In this document: positions 1-10,075 of the stretch, in pieces
Numbering within the stretch: the stretch's first letter is position 1
Layout of the letters: each line of letters begins with the position of its first letter
DNA from: Pirellulales bacterium
GTDB taxonomy: Bacteria; Planctomycetota; Planctomycetia; Pirellulales; UBA1268
Reading direction: 5' to 3'
Length of the DNA: 59,500 nt
NCBI GenBank assembly: GCA_044342075.1
Contig: JBIIQM010000005.1
Location: forward strand, 1 to 59,500
Notes under the pieces: model-generated
The model's database searches: none
The model's input: only the letters and a program-made list of their open reading frames with translations
Told to the model about the DNA's origin: nothing
Program-made: the position numbers and the translations under genes

Positions 1-284
1 AGTCAGCATCCGAGCGAGCGAAGGGCAGGATGCCCGTAGCGAGCGTCCGGCGACGGGGTACGGGTCACCCGAAGCCGGGTTGGGCGCGTTGAGGCAGCTT
101 TCCCGCGTCTGCGTCGCTGATTTTGCCGTTGGAGGGATTCGGCCCGAGGCGTTACATTGCCCCCATCTTTCCTGTGTTCCCTTGCCATGGATCGGCACGG
201 GTGCATCGCGCCTTTCATTGCGATGCCGCCACGGCTCTTCCGTGCAGCCTTCACATTCTCAGGGTCAAACGGAGAACAACGGCC

Positions 285-1538
285 GTGGCAGATATCGTTT
301 TCGCATTCGATGCCGCGCTGGATCGACCGATCCCCGTCCCCGCCGGCGCGCCCGAGGCCGTTGCCGATGCGGTGGCCCGTGCCCCGTTCGAGTCGCTGAA
401 GTCGGCGGTGACGACCGCGCGGCAGACCCGCGCCGCGGCGCTCGTGCTCTTCGGCAGCACGCTCGATCCCGTCCGCGCGAGCCCGGCCCAGGCAGCGTCG
501 CTCCGGGCGCTGATCGTGGGGCTCGCCGCCGACGGCTGCCGCACGATCTGGGTCGCCGACGAGCCGGCCGACGTGGCCAATGTGTCGCGGGCGCTGGCCG
601 ATCCGGAAGGCCTCGCGTTCGTCACGCCGGTCTCGCCCCTGCGGCTCGACATGCGCGGCCTTTCGCTCGAGATCTGCTCGGCCCGCGGGCCGGCCTATGC
701 GTCGGGTGCCTCGGGGCAGCTGCCGCCGTCGTTCGCATCGGCCCATTCGTCGCTCCTGCCGGCACAGCGGCGGATCGTGATCGGCTGGGACGACGCCTGG
801 AGCTCGCTCCACGGCGAGCCGGCTGTGTCTCACGCCATGCAATCGCCCGTGCCCACCGGCGGTTGGACCAATCACGGAACGTTCTTCGTCTGGGGCTCGC
901 GCCGACTGCAGCCCACGCCGGCCGGCGTGCATCAGGTGCCGGCGCTGCAGGCCCGCAGCAGCCGCGAGCCCGCCGCGGGCGCCTGCGCCGCCGTCACGCT
1001 GACGAACCTGCCGCAGACCACCGCCGCCCTGTCTGGCTATGCCCATACGGTGAGCGACCCGCGTGCCGATTGGCGCGGCGACTGGCGCGAGGTGCCCACG
1101 CATCACGTGGCCTGGCGCACGCTCACGATCACGTCGCTCGCCGGCGACGACGAGCAGCTCGCCACCACGATCTGGAGCGCGCTGGAGGGGATGTCGGTCG
1201 ATTCCCAGGCGCCGATGCAGATCGTGCGCTGCGCCGTCGATTGCGGCGGCAGCATCACGCGGCGGGTGCACGTGTCGGAGATCACGGCCGAGACGATGGC
1301 CCGCATCCGCGATCTCTACGACCCCCGCACGTTTCGCGCCTGGTGCCAGGAGATCGAGGCCGATCGCGGCGAATCTCCCACCGTGCTCATCCGCAATGCA
1401 TCCGCCGCCAAGACCGGGGGAGCCGCCTCCTTCGCCTCGGGCGTCGCGGAATTCGTGCTCGAGACGGAGAAGACGGAGATCGTGCCGGTGGCCCGCGAGG
1501 CCGGCTGGCTCGCCCTCGAGCTCCTTGAATCGACCTGA
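285..1538 (+). CDS. SbcD/Mre11/YhaO-like metallophosphoesterase-fold protein with degenerate metal-binding motifs
   Basis: ORF 123..1538; GTG start at 285 after GGAG (271-274). N-terminus VFAFDAALDRP / LVLFGSTLD matches the spacing of HxxDxHLD / GDLFD; lies directly upstream of a YhaN-like ATPase. Confidence 0.65.
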   Translation: MADIVFAFDAALDRPIPVPAGAPEAVADAVARAPFESLKSAVTTARQTRAAALVLFGSTLDPVRASPAQAASLRALIVGLAADGCRTIWVADEPADVANVSRALADPEGLAFVTPVSPLRLDMRGLSLEICSARGPAYASGASGQLPPSFASAHSSLLPAQRRIVIGWDDAWSSLHGEPAVSHAMQSPVPTGGWTNHGTFFVWGSRRLQPTPAGVHQVPALQARSSREPAAGACAAVTLTNLPQTTAALSGYAHTVSDPRADWRGDWREVPTHHVAWRTLTITSLAGDDEQLATTIWSALEGMSVDSQAPMQIVRCAVDCGGSITRRVHVSEITAETMARIRDLYDPRTFRAWCQEIEADRGESPTVLIRNASAAKTGGAASFASGVAEFVLETEKTEIVPVAREAGWLALELLEST

Positions 1539-1577
1539 TTGATCGTTCCCCGTGACAGAAGCAGCAAAGGTTTCCGC

Positions 1578-4500
1578 ATGATCATCGAACGGATTGAGAT
1601 CGATCGCTTCGGCGCCCTGGGCGATGTCACGATCGACGGGCTCGACCACGGCATCGAGGTGCTCCATGGCACCAACGAGACCGGCAAGACATCGCTGCTG
1701 GAATTCGTCCGCGGCGTCTTGTTCGGCTTCGGCAGCCTCTTCCGCCGCGGCGTGCTCGATCCGCATCTGCCCTGCGGGGGCCGCATCTTCGCGCGGGCGG
1801 GCGTCGATGGGCGGAAGATCGTGATCGAGCGGCGGCACGAGGGGCCGCACCTGCAGCGTCTCTCGCGAGCGAGCTACGAAAATGACCGCGACGTGCCGAT
1901 GGCCGACCAGCTCACGGTGCTCGACGCCGCGGGCCGCTCGAAGACGGCGCTCTTCCTCCAGGACTTCATGGGCGAGATCGACGAGCGCACGTTCACGGCC
2001 GTGATGGCCTTCGGTCTCGACGAGCTCCACGAACTGCAGACGCTCGAGGCCGATGGCTGCGGCAGCCGGCTCTACGAACTGGCCAGCGGCCTCGATCGCT
2101 CGAAGGTGGCGCTGGTGCTCACGAATCTCCGCGACGCCATCGCGCGGCTCGACTCCTCCGATCCCGATGTCTCCCCCATCGAGGCCCTCCGGCAGCGACG
2201 CAGCGCGGCGCTGGCGCGGCTGGCCGCGATGAACGCACCGGCCATTGCCGCCGGCGTGCTCGCCAGCGAGCTGCAGCGGATCGACGAGGAAATCGCCGAA
2301 CTCGAGACCCACGCCGACCGCGCGCGGCGAGCCGAGGAGACGATCCGCAGCCTGCTGCCGCTCGAGCCGCTCCATCACGAATATCGCCGGGCGACGGATC
2401 ATCTCGCGCAGCTCGAAACGCAGCCGATCATCCACACCGACCTCGACGCCTGGCAGCTGGCCTCGAAGCACCGCGATCGGCTCGACCGCGTGGCCCGCAA
2501 GAAGAAGCGGACCCGCGCCCGACTGGCTCGCGAGCTCAAGGGCCTCTCCGCCGACACGCTCATCCGGAAGAAGCGACCGCTCGTGACGGCCCTCTGCGAT
2601 GAGCAGCCGCGGCTGGAGCGACTCGTGGCCGATGCCGCCCGTGCCGAGAATGCCGCCCGGCAGGCCGCCCGTCGGTTTGGCGAGCAGCTCGGCAGCGCCG
2701 GCCTCGCCCGGCTGGTGGGCACCGACCGGCTTGTCGGCCACTCCATCGAAGCGCTCGCGGAGATGCAGCTGCCCGCCGGCTTCACGCATTCGTTCGGCCC
2801 GCTCAAGTCCCGCGCCCGTGCGGTCAGCGAGGCTCTCCGCGAGGTGAAGGCCGCGAAGCGGGCGGTGGCCGACGTGAAGGGGGTGCTCGACACGACGCAG
2901 GGTTCGATCCGCACCGCCGGCTCACACCTGGGCGGCATCACGATCGCCGCCGCCATCGAAGAGGCCAGCGGCCGCGCGTCGCTCTTCCGCAACCGCCTCA
3001 CCGCCGGCGAGCAGCTCGCCGACCTCGAGAAGTCGCTCCATCGACTCGGGAAGGACGTGACCTACAACCTCGAAAACCAGCTCCTGCCGGTCGGCTGGCT
3101 GATCGCGCTGGGCACCATCTTCGTGCTCGGCGCCGGCATGCTTCTCTCGGGGCTCTTGCTGCCGGGCACCGTCACCGGATCGCTCGCCTACGCCCTGGCC
3201 GCGCTCGGCCTGGCGGGCACCGGTCTCGCGTCGGTCGCCACCTGGTCGCTCGACCGTGCCGCCAACACGCGGCTCGAGGCCTCGCGGCAGCAGTACGACA
3301 TGGTCGAGACGCAGCGCGACGAGCTCGCCGCCCAGTGCGGCCTGCTCGACAAGAAGATCGACGCCGGCAAGCTGCCCGGCGAGGCCGGCGCGACGCTCGA
3401 ACGCCGCGCCGCGCTCGCGCAGGCGGAGGTGGAACGGCTCGAGGAGCTCGCCGCCCGTGAGGGCTCGCTCCACGTGCTGGCCGACCGTGTGTCGGTGGCC
3501 GAACAGGGCCTCACCCAGGCCCGTTCGCGGCTGGCCACCGCCCGATCGCGATGGAAGCGGGCGCTCGAGCAGCGAGGTCTGCCGGCCACGCTCGCGCCGA
3601 CCGAAGTGCGGCAGATCTCGAGGCACCGCCACACGCTCCTGGCGCTCGACGACGACCGGCGCCGCACGTCGGAGGAATCGCGGCTGCGCAACGAGGAACT
3701 GGCGGCGTTCGCCCACCGCATCGAGCAGTGCATGATCGAATGCGACATGCTGCCGGAGTCGACGCCGCTGGAGCACCTGCAGCAGCTCCGCGACCGGCTC
3801 GACCGCGAAACGCATGCCCATCAGCGGCGCCGCCAGCTCGAGAAGCGGCTCCTCCGGGCCCGCGAGCACCACCGGGCAGCGCTGCGGCGTGTGAAGCTCG
3901 CCGAACAGCGGGTGCATGAGATCATCGCCCGCTGGGGCGTCGACACCGAAAAGGAATTCCTCGCGCTCGTCGATCGCCGCGCGCTGGTGGAGGAGGCCCG
4001 CCGCGAGGCCCAGGCCGCAGAGGCCGCCTGGCTCGAGGCCCGGCGCCGCATCCCCGAGCTTCCCGATCTCGACCGCTGGCTCGTGGAGGTGAAGGCCGTG
4101 TCGCTCGAACAGCGGCTCGCCGAGGCCCACATCGTGACGGTCGAGGCGGAGCAGTCGGTGGCTCGCGCACGCGACCATCGCCTCGCCGCCGCCGCCCGCG
4201 TGGAGGCGGCTGCCCGCGACCATTCGACCGAGGGCGTGCAGCTCGAGATCGCTGAGATCGAGCAGGAGCTCGAGGGCCATCTGCACCGTCGCCAACTGCT
4301 CGAGAAGGCCGCAACGCTGCTCGAAGAAACGCGGGCCACATTCGCCCGCGACCACCAGCCGGCGGTTCTGCGGGAGGCATCGCGCTGGCTCGCGCGGCTC
4401 ACCGAAGGGCATTACACGGGCATCACCACGTCGATCCACGAGGCCCGCCTCGAGGTCCACGATGCGGAAAACAAAGGTTGGAGCCCCGACCGTCTCAGTC

Positions 4501-5048
4501 GCGGCACCCGCGAGCAGGTCTTCCTCTCCTTGCGGCTCGCGCTCGTTCGCGATCTGGAGCGGCACGGCGTGCATCTGCCCGTGATCATGGACGACGCCCT
4601 CGTGAATTTCGACGACAGCCGCGCCCTTGCGGCCGCCCGCGTGCTCGTGGAATTCGTCGCCGATCAGCCGCAGGAGCGACAGATGCTCCTGCTCACCTGC
4701 CACGCCCACGTGGCAAAGCTCTTCGCCGAAGTGGGCGCGCACGTTCGCTCGCTGAGCGATCCAACCGCCACTTGGCTCCCGCAGCCGAAGCCGCAACGCA
4801 TCCCGCGGGAACCGAAGATGCGCACGGTGCGGATCGCGCCGAGCAGCGAGCCGGTGGAGGCATTGGTCACCGAGCCGGTCGAGGTTCGCACGGTCACCAC
4901 GGACGGAGATCGCCCGATGTGGGAGGCCGAGGACTACTTCTTCGGCAGCGGTCGGTCGAAGACGACCGTCGGCGACGACGAATCACGTCGCAGCCAGTCG
5001 GGCCGCCCCCATCAAGGCCGCCGCCGTCGCGGCCCGAAGCGGGCGTAG
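1578..5048 (+). CDS. YhaN-like (AAA_27) SMC/Rad50-type ATPase with coiled coils and a central two-helix membrane segment
   Basis: MIIERIEIDRFG start, Walker A HGTNETGKT, signature LSRGTREQ, Walker B IMDDALVNFD, long coiled-coil regions, hydrophobic stretch LPVGWLIALGTIFVLGAG...ALGLAGTGLASVATW. Confidence 0.9.
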   Translation: MIIERIEIDRFGALGDVTIDGLDHGIEVLHGTNETGKTSLLEFVRGVLFGFGSLFRRGVLDPHLPCGGRIFARAGVDGRKIVIERRHEGPHLQRLSRASYENDRDVPMADQLTVLDAAGRSKTALFLQDFMGEIDERTFTAVMAFGLDELHELQTLEADGCGSRLYELASGLDRSKVALVLTNLRDAIARLDSSDPDVSPIEALRQRRSAALARLAAMNAPAIAAGVLASELQRIDEEIAELETHADRARRAEETIRSLLPLEPLHHEYRRATDHLAQLETQPIIHTDLDAWQLASKHRDRLDRVARKKKRTRARLARELKGLSADTLIRKKRPLVTALCDEQPRLERLVADAARAENAARQAARRFGEQLGSAGLARLVGTDRLVGHSIEALAEMQLPAGFTHSFGPLKSRARAVSEALREVKAAKRAVADVKGVLDTTQGSIRTAGSHLGGITIAAAIEEASGRASLFRNRLTAGEQLADLEKSLHRLGKDVTYNLENQLLPVGWLIALGTIFVLGAGMLLSGLLLPGTVTGSLAYALAALGLAGTGLASVATWSLDRAANTRLEASRQQYDMVETQRDELAAQCGLLDKKIDAGKLPGEAGATLERRAALAQAEVERLEELAAREGSLHVLADRVSVAEQGLTQARSRLATARSRWKRALEQRGLPATLAPTEVRQISRHRHTLLALDDDRRRTSEESRLRNEELAAFAHRIEQCMIECDMLPESTPLEHLQQLRDRLDRETHAHQRRRQLEKRLLRAREHHRAALRRVKLAEQRVHEIIARWGVDTEKEFLALVDRRALVEEARREAQAAEAAWLEARRRIPELPDLDRWLVEVKAVSLEQRLAEAHIVTVEAEQSVARARDHRLAAAARVEAAARDHSTEGVQLEIAEIEQELEGHLHRRQLLEKAATLLEETRATFARDHQPAVLREASRWLARLTEGHYTGITTSIHEARLEVHDAENKGWSPDRLSRGTREQVFLSLRLALVRDLERHGVHLPVIMDDALVNFDDSRALAAARVLVEFVADQPQERQMLLLTCHAHVAKLFAEVGAHVRSLSDPTATWLPQPKPQRIPREPKMRTVRIAPSSEPVEALVTEPVEVRTVTTDGDRPMWEAEDYFFGSGRSKTTVGDDESRRSQSGRPHQGRRRRGPKRA

Positions 5049-5092
5049 TCGCGGGCTTCGTCGTTCTTCTCAACGCGCCCAACCCGGCTCTA

Positions 5093-5146
5093 GTAGGACA
5101 GGCTTCAGCCTGTCTTGACTGACGACAAGCTGAGGCCCGTCGCTAC
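5093..5146. repeat. GTAG-type REP doublet (REPIN-like), copy 1
   Basis: GTAG-GACAGGCT-TC-AGCCTGTC at 5093-5114 plus a degenerate inverted copy ending CTAC at 5146; between convergent genes. Confidence 0.85.
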
Positions 5147-5604
5147 TCTTCGGTGGTCTCGTGGAGCAGATGCAGGTAGCGCTGTCGCATCTGGGCCAGC
5201 AGCATGCCCAGGTAGGCGTTGAGGCCGAGCGAGAGGAAGAGCGCCACGAGGCTGCCGATCAGCCAACCCCAGGGCTTGTCGTGGGTGGCCTTCGAATCGA
5301 CGCCGACGAGCAGCGACTGCGAAGGCGCCAGGGCCACCGGTGCGGCCCGCGGCCGGCGGGCTGCTTCGATCACCGAGCGTTCCACGGCCGGCGGCCATGA
5401 ATCGGCGACGTAGATCTTCACGCGGCGGACATCGCGGGAGTCGGCGGGCACGTCGCTGGTGAACGTGTATGGAGAGGCGTTCTTCACGAGATCGGGCTCG
5501 ACGCGAACGAGGTATTCGCCGCCGCCCCCCTCCGTCGGCACGTAGGCCGCCTCGATGCCCGTTGCGAGCAGGGCGGCCAGCATGAATACCATCTCCAACA
5601 CCAT
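5143..5604 (-). CDS. Hypothetical membrane-anchored protein
   Basis: 153-aa ORF with hydrophobic N-terminus and C-terminal TM helix (WGWLIGSLVALFLSLGLNAYLG) followed by basic residues. Confidence 0.7.
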   Translation of the reverse strand: MVLEMVFMLAALLATGIEAAYVPTEGGGGEYLVRVEPDLVKNASPYTFTSDVPADSRDVRRVKIYVADSWPPAVERSVIEAARRPRAAPVALAPSQSLLVGVDSKATHDKPWGWLIGSLVALFLSLGLNAYLGMLLAQMRQRYLHLLHETTEE

Positions 5605-5643
5605 GGGAAACCTCTCCGAAAAAGGGCTGCGTTCAGGAGGATT

Positions 5644-6750
5644 TCACCCTCTCGACACTGGTTTGTGCAACTCCGGCGGCCGTGACGGGTTTCCCGGCGT
5701 CTCCAGGCCCGCAATCGAGGCCCCTTCGCCCAGGCTGTCGAGTTCGGTCTGCAGCATCGTCAGGGCCGCCTGCAGGAAGGCGACGGCGATGGGCCCCACG
5801 AAAATGCCGATCGGCCCGAGTGCCCCGACGCCCCCCAGCACGCTCAGAAGCGCCAGGAGCGGATGGAGCTTCGACTGCCCGTGGAGGACGATCGGCTTGA
5901 TGATGTTGTCGACGGTCGAAACCACGCAGAGGCCCCAGAGCGCGAGCCCCGCGGCGGACCAGGTGTCTTTGACGAAGAAGAGCAGATAGAGGCTCGCCGT
6001 GCCCCAGACGGCGGCGGCGCCCACGAAGGGCACGAGGGCACCGAAGAACGTCAGCAAGGTCAGCAGGAAGACGCCTTTCAGACCGGCGACGTAAAAGCCG
6101 AAGCCCGCGAGCACCGCCTGCACGATCGCCGCGAGCAGCGTCGACGACACCACCGCCCGGCTCACCTCCTCGAATTCCTCGAGCAGCTGCCATTGGTAAC
6201 GCACGTTGAGCGGGATCAGCCGCATCGCCGCCGCGAGGATCCGGCGGCCGTCGGCCAGGAAGTAGAAGAGCGCCACCGTCATCACGATCAGCCCGATGAT
6301 GAGCTTCGCGATGACGACGGGCGTGCGGGCGGCGATCGGGCCGATCCAATCTTCGGCGACGCCGCGCACCTCGGCGTTGACGGCCTCGGCGGTGAGGTGC
6401 AGACCGGTGGCGTTGTTGACCGATTCGACGAGGCCGTCGAGCACGGCGGGGTCGAGCCGCAGGCCGTCGGGCGAGCGGAGCATCGCCACCGCGTCGCCAC
6501 CGGCGCGGGCCACGAGCAGGAAGAGCGGCACGAGAACGATCAAGAGCACGAAAAGCGTGGTGGCCGCGGCCGAAATCCAATCTGGCGCCTGCAGGCGGTC
6601 GCGGAGCCAGCGATGGAGCGGGCCGAAGATCACGACGAGCATCGCCGCCAGCAAGAGCGGCAGCAGGAAGCCCGACATGACCCGCAACGAGAGCAGACCG
6701 AAGACCGCGATGAGCCCCAGGATCACCCCGAGCGAAACCAGACGTGTCAT
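5644..6750 (-). CDS. AI-2E (PerM/YdiK) family transporter
   Basis: Multi-TM pattern; motifs ALFYFLADG, VDNIIKP, HPLLALLSVLGG, GIFVGP; ATG at 6750. Confidence 0.9.
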   Translation of the reverse strand: MTRLVSLGVILGLIAVFGLLSLRVMSGFLLPLLLAAMLVVIFGPLHRWLRDRLQAPDWISAAATTLFVLLIVLVPLFLLVARAGGDAVAMLRSPDGLRLDPAVLDGLVESVNNATGLHLTAEAVNAEVRGVAEDWIGPIAARTPVVIAKLIIGLIVMTVALFYFLADGRRILAAAMRLIPLNVRYQWQLLEEFEEVSRAVVSSTLLAAIVQAVLAGFGFYVAGLKGVFLLTLLTFFGALVPFVGAAAVWGTASLYLLFFVKDTWSAAGLALWGLCVVSTVDNIIKPIVLHGQSKLHPLLALLSVLGGVGALGPIGIFVGPIAVAFLQAALTMLQTELDSLGEGASIAGLETPGNPSRPPELHKPVSRG

Positions 6751-7053
6751 GCGCGATATTTCCCGGAAATCGTGGCGAGTGATGTTGCCTGTCGGCAGTG
6801 TAACCAGCGGCCAGCGTGGCGCCACCTCGGCGGCTTCTTAAAGTAGACTGCTCCCTTCCGCAAACGGCGAGGCGAGCGGGTCGGCGTAAGCTCGCCGAGC
6901 ATTTGGACCGAGTCCGCGAGGGACACCGCGAGGCGCCATTCCGCCGTTGGAGCGGCGGACGAAGAACTTCTGCCGCCCGCGAGCCGGCAGCGGAACCGCT
7001 TCGGGACGGCCGCCATGACGCCCCGGCAGCGTTGCGGGTATTCTTGGCTCCGC

Positions 7054-9285
7054 ATGAACGACCTCGACGTTTCGATCGTGATCCCCGTCCGCAACGAAGC
7101 TGGCAATATCGGCCCGCTCATCGGCGAGATCCGTCGCGTGCTCGATGCGGCCGGACTCCGCTGGGAAGTGTTTGTGGTGGACGATGGCTCCACCGACGGC
7201 TCGTGGGGGGAGATCACGGCCGCGGCCGCCGATGGCCGAGTGCAGGGGATCCGCCACGAGCATGGCCGCGGCAAGTCGGCGGCCCTCGCCAGCGGATTTT
7301 CCCACTGCAAGGCGCCGCGGATCGCGATGCTCGACGGCGATGGCCAAGACGACCCGGCCGAGATCCCGCGGATGCTCTCGCTGATCGACGACGACGCGCC
7401 CTCCCGCGAACGCATCGACCTCGTCAACGGCTGGAAGATGCCGCGGCTCGACCCGTGGCATAAGACGCTGCCTTCGCGGGTGTTCAACGCGCTGGTCGGC
7501 CTCGCAACAGGGCTCCATCTGCACGACCACAACTGCGGCCTCAAGGTGTTTCGGTCCGAGGTCGCCGACAGGATCGATCTCGGCACCGGCATGCATCGCT
7601 TTATTCCCGTGCTCGCGGCCGCGGAGGGATTTCGCGTGACGGAGATGAAGGTGCACCACCGGCCGCGCGTCCACGGGCATTCGAAGTATGGCGCCGCCCG
7701 GTTCTTCGCCGGCCTCTACGATCTGGTCCGCGTCGCGCTGCGCACGGGCCGACCGGGCGCCGTCGGCCGTCGTCCGCGGAGCGAGTCGCGGGCACGGCTC
7801 CGCCACGGCATCTATGCCCTGCTCGCCACGCTCGCCGCCGGAGCCGTGCTGGGCCGGATCGGCGCGGTCGCGAGCGTCGACAAGATCGCCCTCGAACAAC
7901 GGCTCGTGAACGACGCGGTGGCGAAGGCCGTCGCGGCGGGCCTGGCGGCCGATGCCACCGCGATCCGCGACCGGATCGCTAGCGAGAAGCGGCTCCTGCG
8001 CCCGTTCCTCTCGGCCAACGACCGCAGCCGCTGGCTCACGATCCGGGCGCTCGTCGAACGCGGTGGCTTCGAAATAGACGACCTCGTCACCGAACCGGGC
8101 TGGGACACGATCGACGCCGTGGCCCACCCCGATGCCAGCGGCCGCATGCGGCTCTATTCGAGCAAGCCGCCGCTGCTCTCCGTGATCTTGGCGGGTCCCT
8201 ATTGGCTGCTGGCGCGAATGACCGGCTGGACGCTCGGCGACCATCCCTTCGAGATGGGCCGGCTCTTGATGGTGCTCTACGGGCTGGTGCCGCTCGTGGT
8301 GACGATCTTCTTTACCTGCCGCTTGGTCGATCGAATTGGCACGACCGACTGGGGGCGGATCTACGCCGCCGCGATCATCGCCTGCGGCACATTCCTGACG
8401 ACGTTCGCCGTCGTGCTCACCAACCACCTGCCGGCGGCCGCCTGCACCGCGGCGAGCGGCTGGCTGCTCTATCGCATCCACTGCGACGGCCTGCGGTCGT
8501 GGCTTGCATTCGCCGTCGCCGGTGGCACCGCCGCGCTCGCCGCCGCATTCGACCTCCCCGCGCTCGCCTGGTGCGGAACCGTGCTTGGCCTGCTCGCGGC
8601 CGCCGACCTGCGTCGCGGCCTTTTCGCCGCGGTGCCCGCGGCGGCGCTCGTCGCCTGCGCCGCGCTCGGCACGAATTGGCTCGCGCACGGCACGCCGCTG
8701 CCCCCCTACGCCCACCGCGCGGCTTCCGCGACCGCCGGCGGCCAGGCCAATTGGTACGACTACTCGATCACGCTCCCCAACGGCCGCGTGCTCGAGAGCT
8801 ACTGGCGCAACCCGAAGGGGCAGGACCGCGGCGAACCCTCCGCGGCGCGCTATGCCTGGCACGCGCTCGTCGGACACCATGGCATCTTCTCGCTCACGCC
8901 CGCGTGGCTGCTCGTGATTCCCGGCCTCATGGGCCTGGCCTCGCGTCGGGGCGGACAGGCGGCGCGGCAGCGGGAGATCGCGCTGGCGATCGCGATCGTG
9001 TCGGCGGTGGTGATCGTTTTCTATCTCGCGCGGCCGCCGATCGACCGCAATTACGGCGGCATGACGAGCGGCTTCCGCTGGGTGTTTTGGCTCGCGCCGC
9101 TCTGGGCGGCCGCCGCCGTTCCAGCCGCCGACGCTCTCGGCAGGAGCCGTGCCGGACGTGTTGTGGCGCTCGTGCTGCTCGGTCTTTCGGTCGTGTCGGT
9201 CGCCTACCCGACATGGACTCCCTGGACGCAGCCGTGGCTGCAGCGATGGCTCGAACACGCCGGCTGGCTCGCGCCGCCGGGTTGA
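7054..9285 (+). CDS. GT2 polyprenyl-phosphate glycosyltransferase (DPM1/ArnC-like) fused to a multi-TM GT-C-like domain
   Basis: SIVIPVRNE, VVDDGSTD, LDGDGQDDP, DHNCGLK, HRFIP in the N-terminal ~235 aa; then ~500 aa with many TM helices and ANDRSRWLTIRALV, all in one frame. Confidence 0.8.
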   Translation: MNDLDVSIVIPVRNEAGNIGPLIGEIRRVLDAAGLRWEVFVVDDGSTDGSWGEITAAAADGRVQGIRHEHGRGKSAALASGFSHCKAPRIAMLDGDGQDDPAEIPRMLSLIDDDAPSRERIDLVNGWKMPRLDPWHKTLPSRVFNALVGLATGLHLHDHNCGLKVFRSEVADRIDLGTGMHRFIPVLAAAEGFRVTEMKVHHRPRVHGHSKYGAARFFAGLYDLVRVALRTGRPGAVGRRPRSESRARLRHGIYALLATLAAGAVLGRIGAVASVDKIALEQRLVNDAVAKAVAAGLAADATAIRDRIASEKRLLRPFLSANDRSRWLTIRALVERGGFEIDDLVTEPGWDTIDAVAHPDASGRMRLYSSKPPLLSVILAGPYWLLARMTGWTLGDHPFEMGRLLMVLYGLVPLVVTIFFTCRLVDRIGTTDWGRIYAAAIIACGTFLTTFAVVLTNHLPAAACTAASGWLLYRIHCDGLRSWLAFAVAGGTAALAAAFDLPALAWCGTVLGLLAAADLRRGLFAAVPAAALVACAALGTNWLAHGTPLPPYAHRAASATAGGQANWYDYSITLPNGRVLESYWRNPKGQDRGEPSAARYAWHALVGHHGIFSLTPAWLLVIPGLMGLASRRGGQAARQREIALAIAIVSAVVIVFYLARPPIDRNYGGMTSGFRWVFWLAPLWAAAAVPAADALGRSRAGRVVALVLLGLSVVSVAYPTWTPWTQPWLQRWLEHAGWLAPPG

Positions 9286-9289
9286 TCAC

Positions 9290-10075
9290 TCAAGCCCTGG
9301 CTTCGGCCGGCCAGAATGCCGGCGGCGTCGCTTCGATCGCGACCGGCGCGAGCGTGTCGGGATCGGTGTAGCGAATCCGCCAGGCATGCAGCGCGATCGG
9401 CCGCGCCCGCGGATCGTTTGGCGGCGGAGCGGCCCAGCCGGCCGCATCCCCTTCCGGCCCGCCGTAGAGCGGATCGCCCACCACCGGCAGCCCGCGGGCC
9501 GACGCTTGCAGCCGCAGCTGGTGCATGCGGCCGGTGAGCGGCGCAAGTTCCACAAGCAGCCGGCCGTCGGCGAGCCGCCTGATCAGCCGCGCCCGCGTGA
9601 CCGCCTCGCGGGCCGTGGCGGTCTCCGCGACCGACACCCTGGCCCGCGGCTCGTCCGGAATCTTCTCGATGAAGTCGCGCCACTCGAGGCCCGAAGTTCC
9701 CGCTTGCTCGAGCCGCAGCCCTTCGTGGCTGCGCTCCGGCGCGGCCAGGATGGCAAGATAAGTCTTCTCGATCTGCCGCCGTTCGAACTGCCGGGAGAGT
9801 TTTCTGGCCGCCCGCGGTGTCGCTGCTAAAAGCAATACGCCCGAGACCGGCCGATCGAGCCGATGGGGCACGCCGACGTAGCCTTCATAGCCGATGGCTG
9901 CGGAGAGATTCCCGGCGGCGAGCCAGCGGCGCAGCCAGGTCTCGGCGGAGTCGATGCCCGGAGGAGCCTGGGTCGGCAGTCCTGCCGGCTTGTCGATCGC
10001 CACCACGCCGGACGCCGTCGCCAGAACGGCCGGTTCGAGCCCGAAGACAAACAACCGGGAATCCCCCTCTTTCAT
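9290..10075 (-). CDS. RluA-family pseudouridine synthase
   Basis: DKPAGL, HRLDRPVSG (catalytic Asp), TGRMHQLR, GDPLYG, ALHA motifs. Confidence 0.93.
   Translation of the reverse strand: MKEGDSRLFVFGLEPAVLATASGVVAIDKPAGLPTQAPPGIDSAETWLRRWLAAGNLSAAIGYEGYVGVPHRLDRPVSGVLLLAATPRAARKLSRQFERRQIEKTYLAILAAPERSHEGLRLEQAGTSGLEWRDFIEKIPDEPRARVSVAETATAREAVTRARLIRRLADGRLLVELAPLTGRMHQLRLQASARGLPVVGDPLYGGPEGDAAGWAAPPPNDPRARPIALHAWRIRYTDPDTLAPVAIEATPPAFWPAEARA

Noticed and set aside
11-45. CGAGCGAGCGAAGGGCAGGATGCCCGTAGCGAGCG, a small hairpin with flanking GCGAGCG
   Set aside because: Looks like a short repeat element, but it is single-copy here and cut off by the window edge
3-2789. Very long antisense or alternate-frame ORFs (e.g. 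3..2789, 6838..9258, 16972..19092, 34054..37476, 34221..37484)
   Set aside because: They shadow well-supported genes, are Arg/Gly/Ala-rich without motifs, and are expected in high-GC DNA
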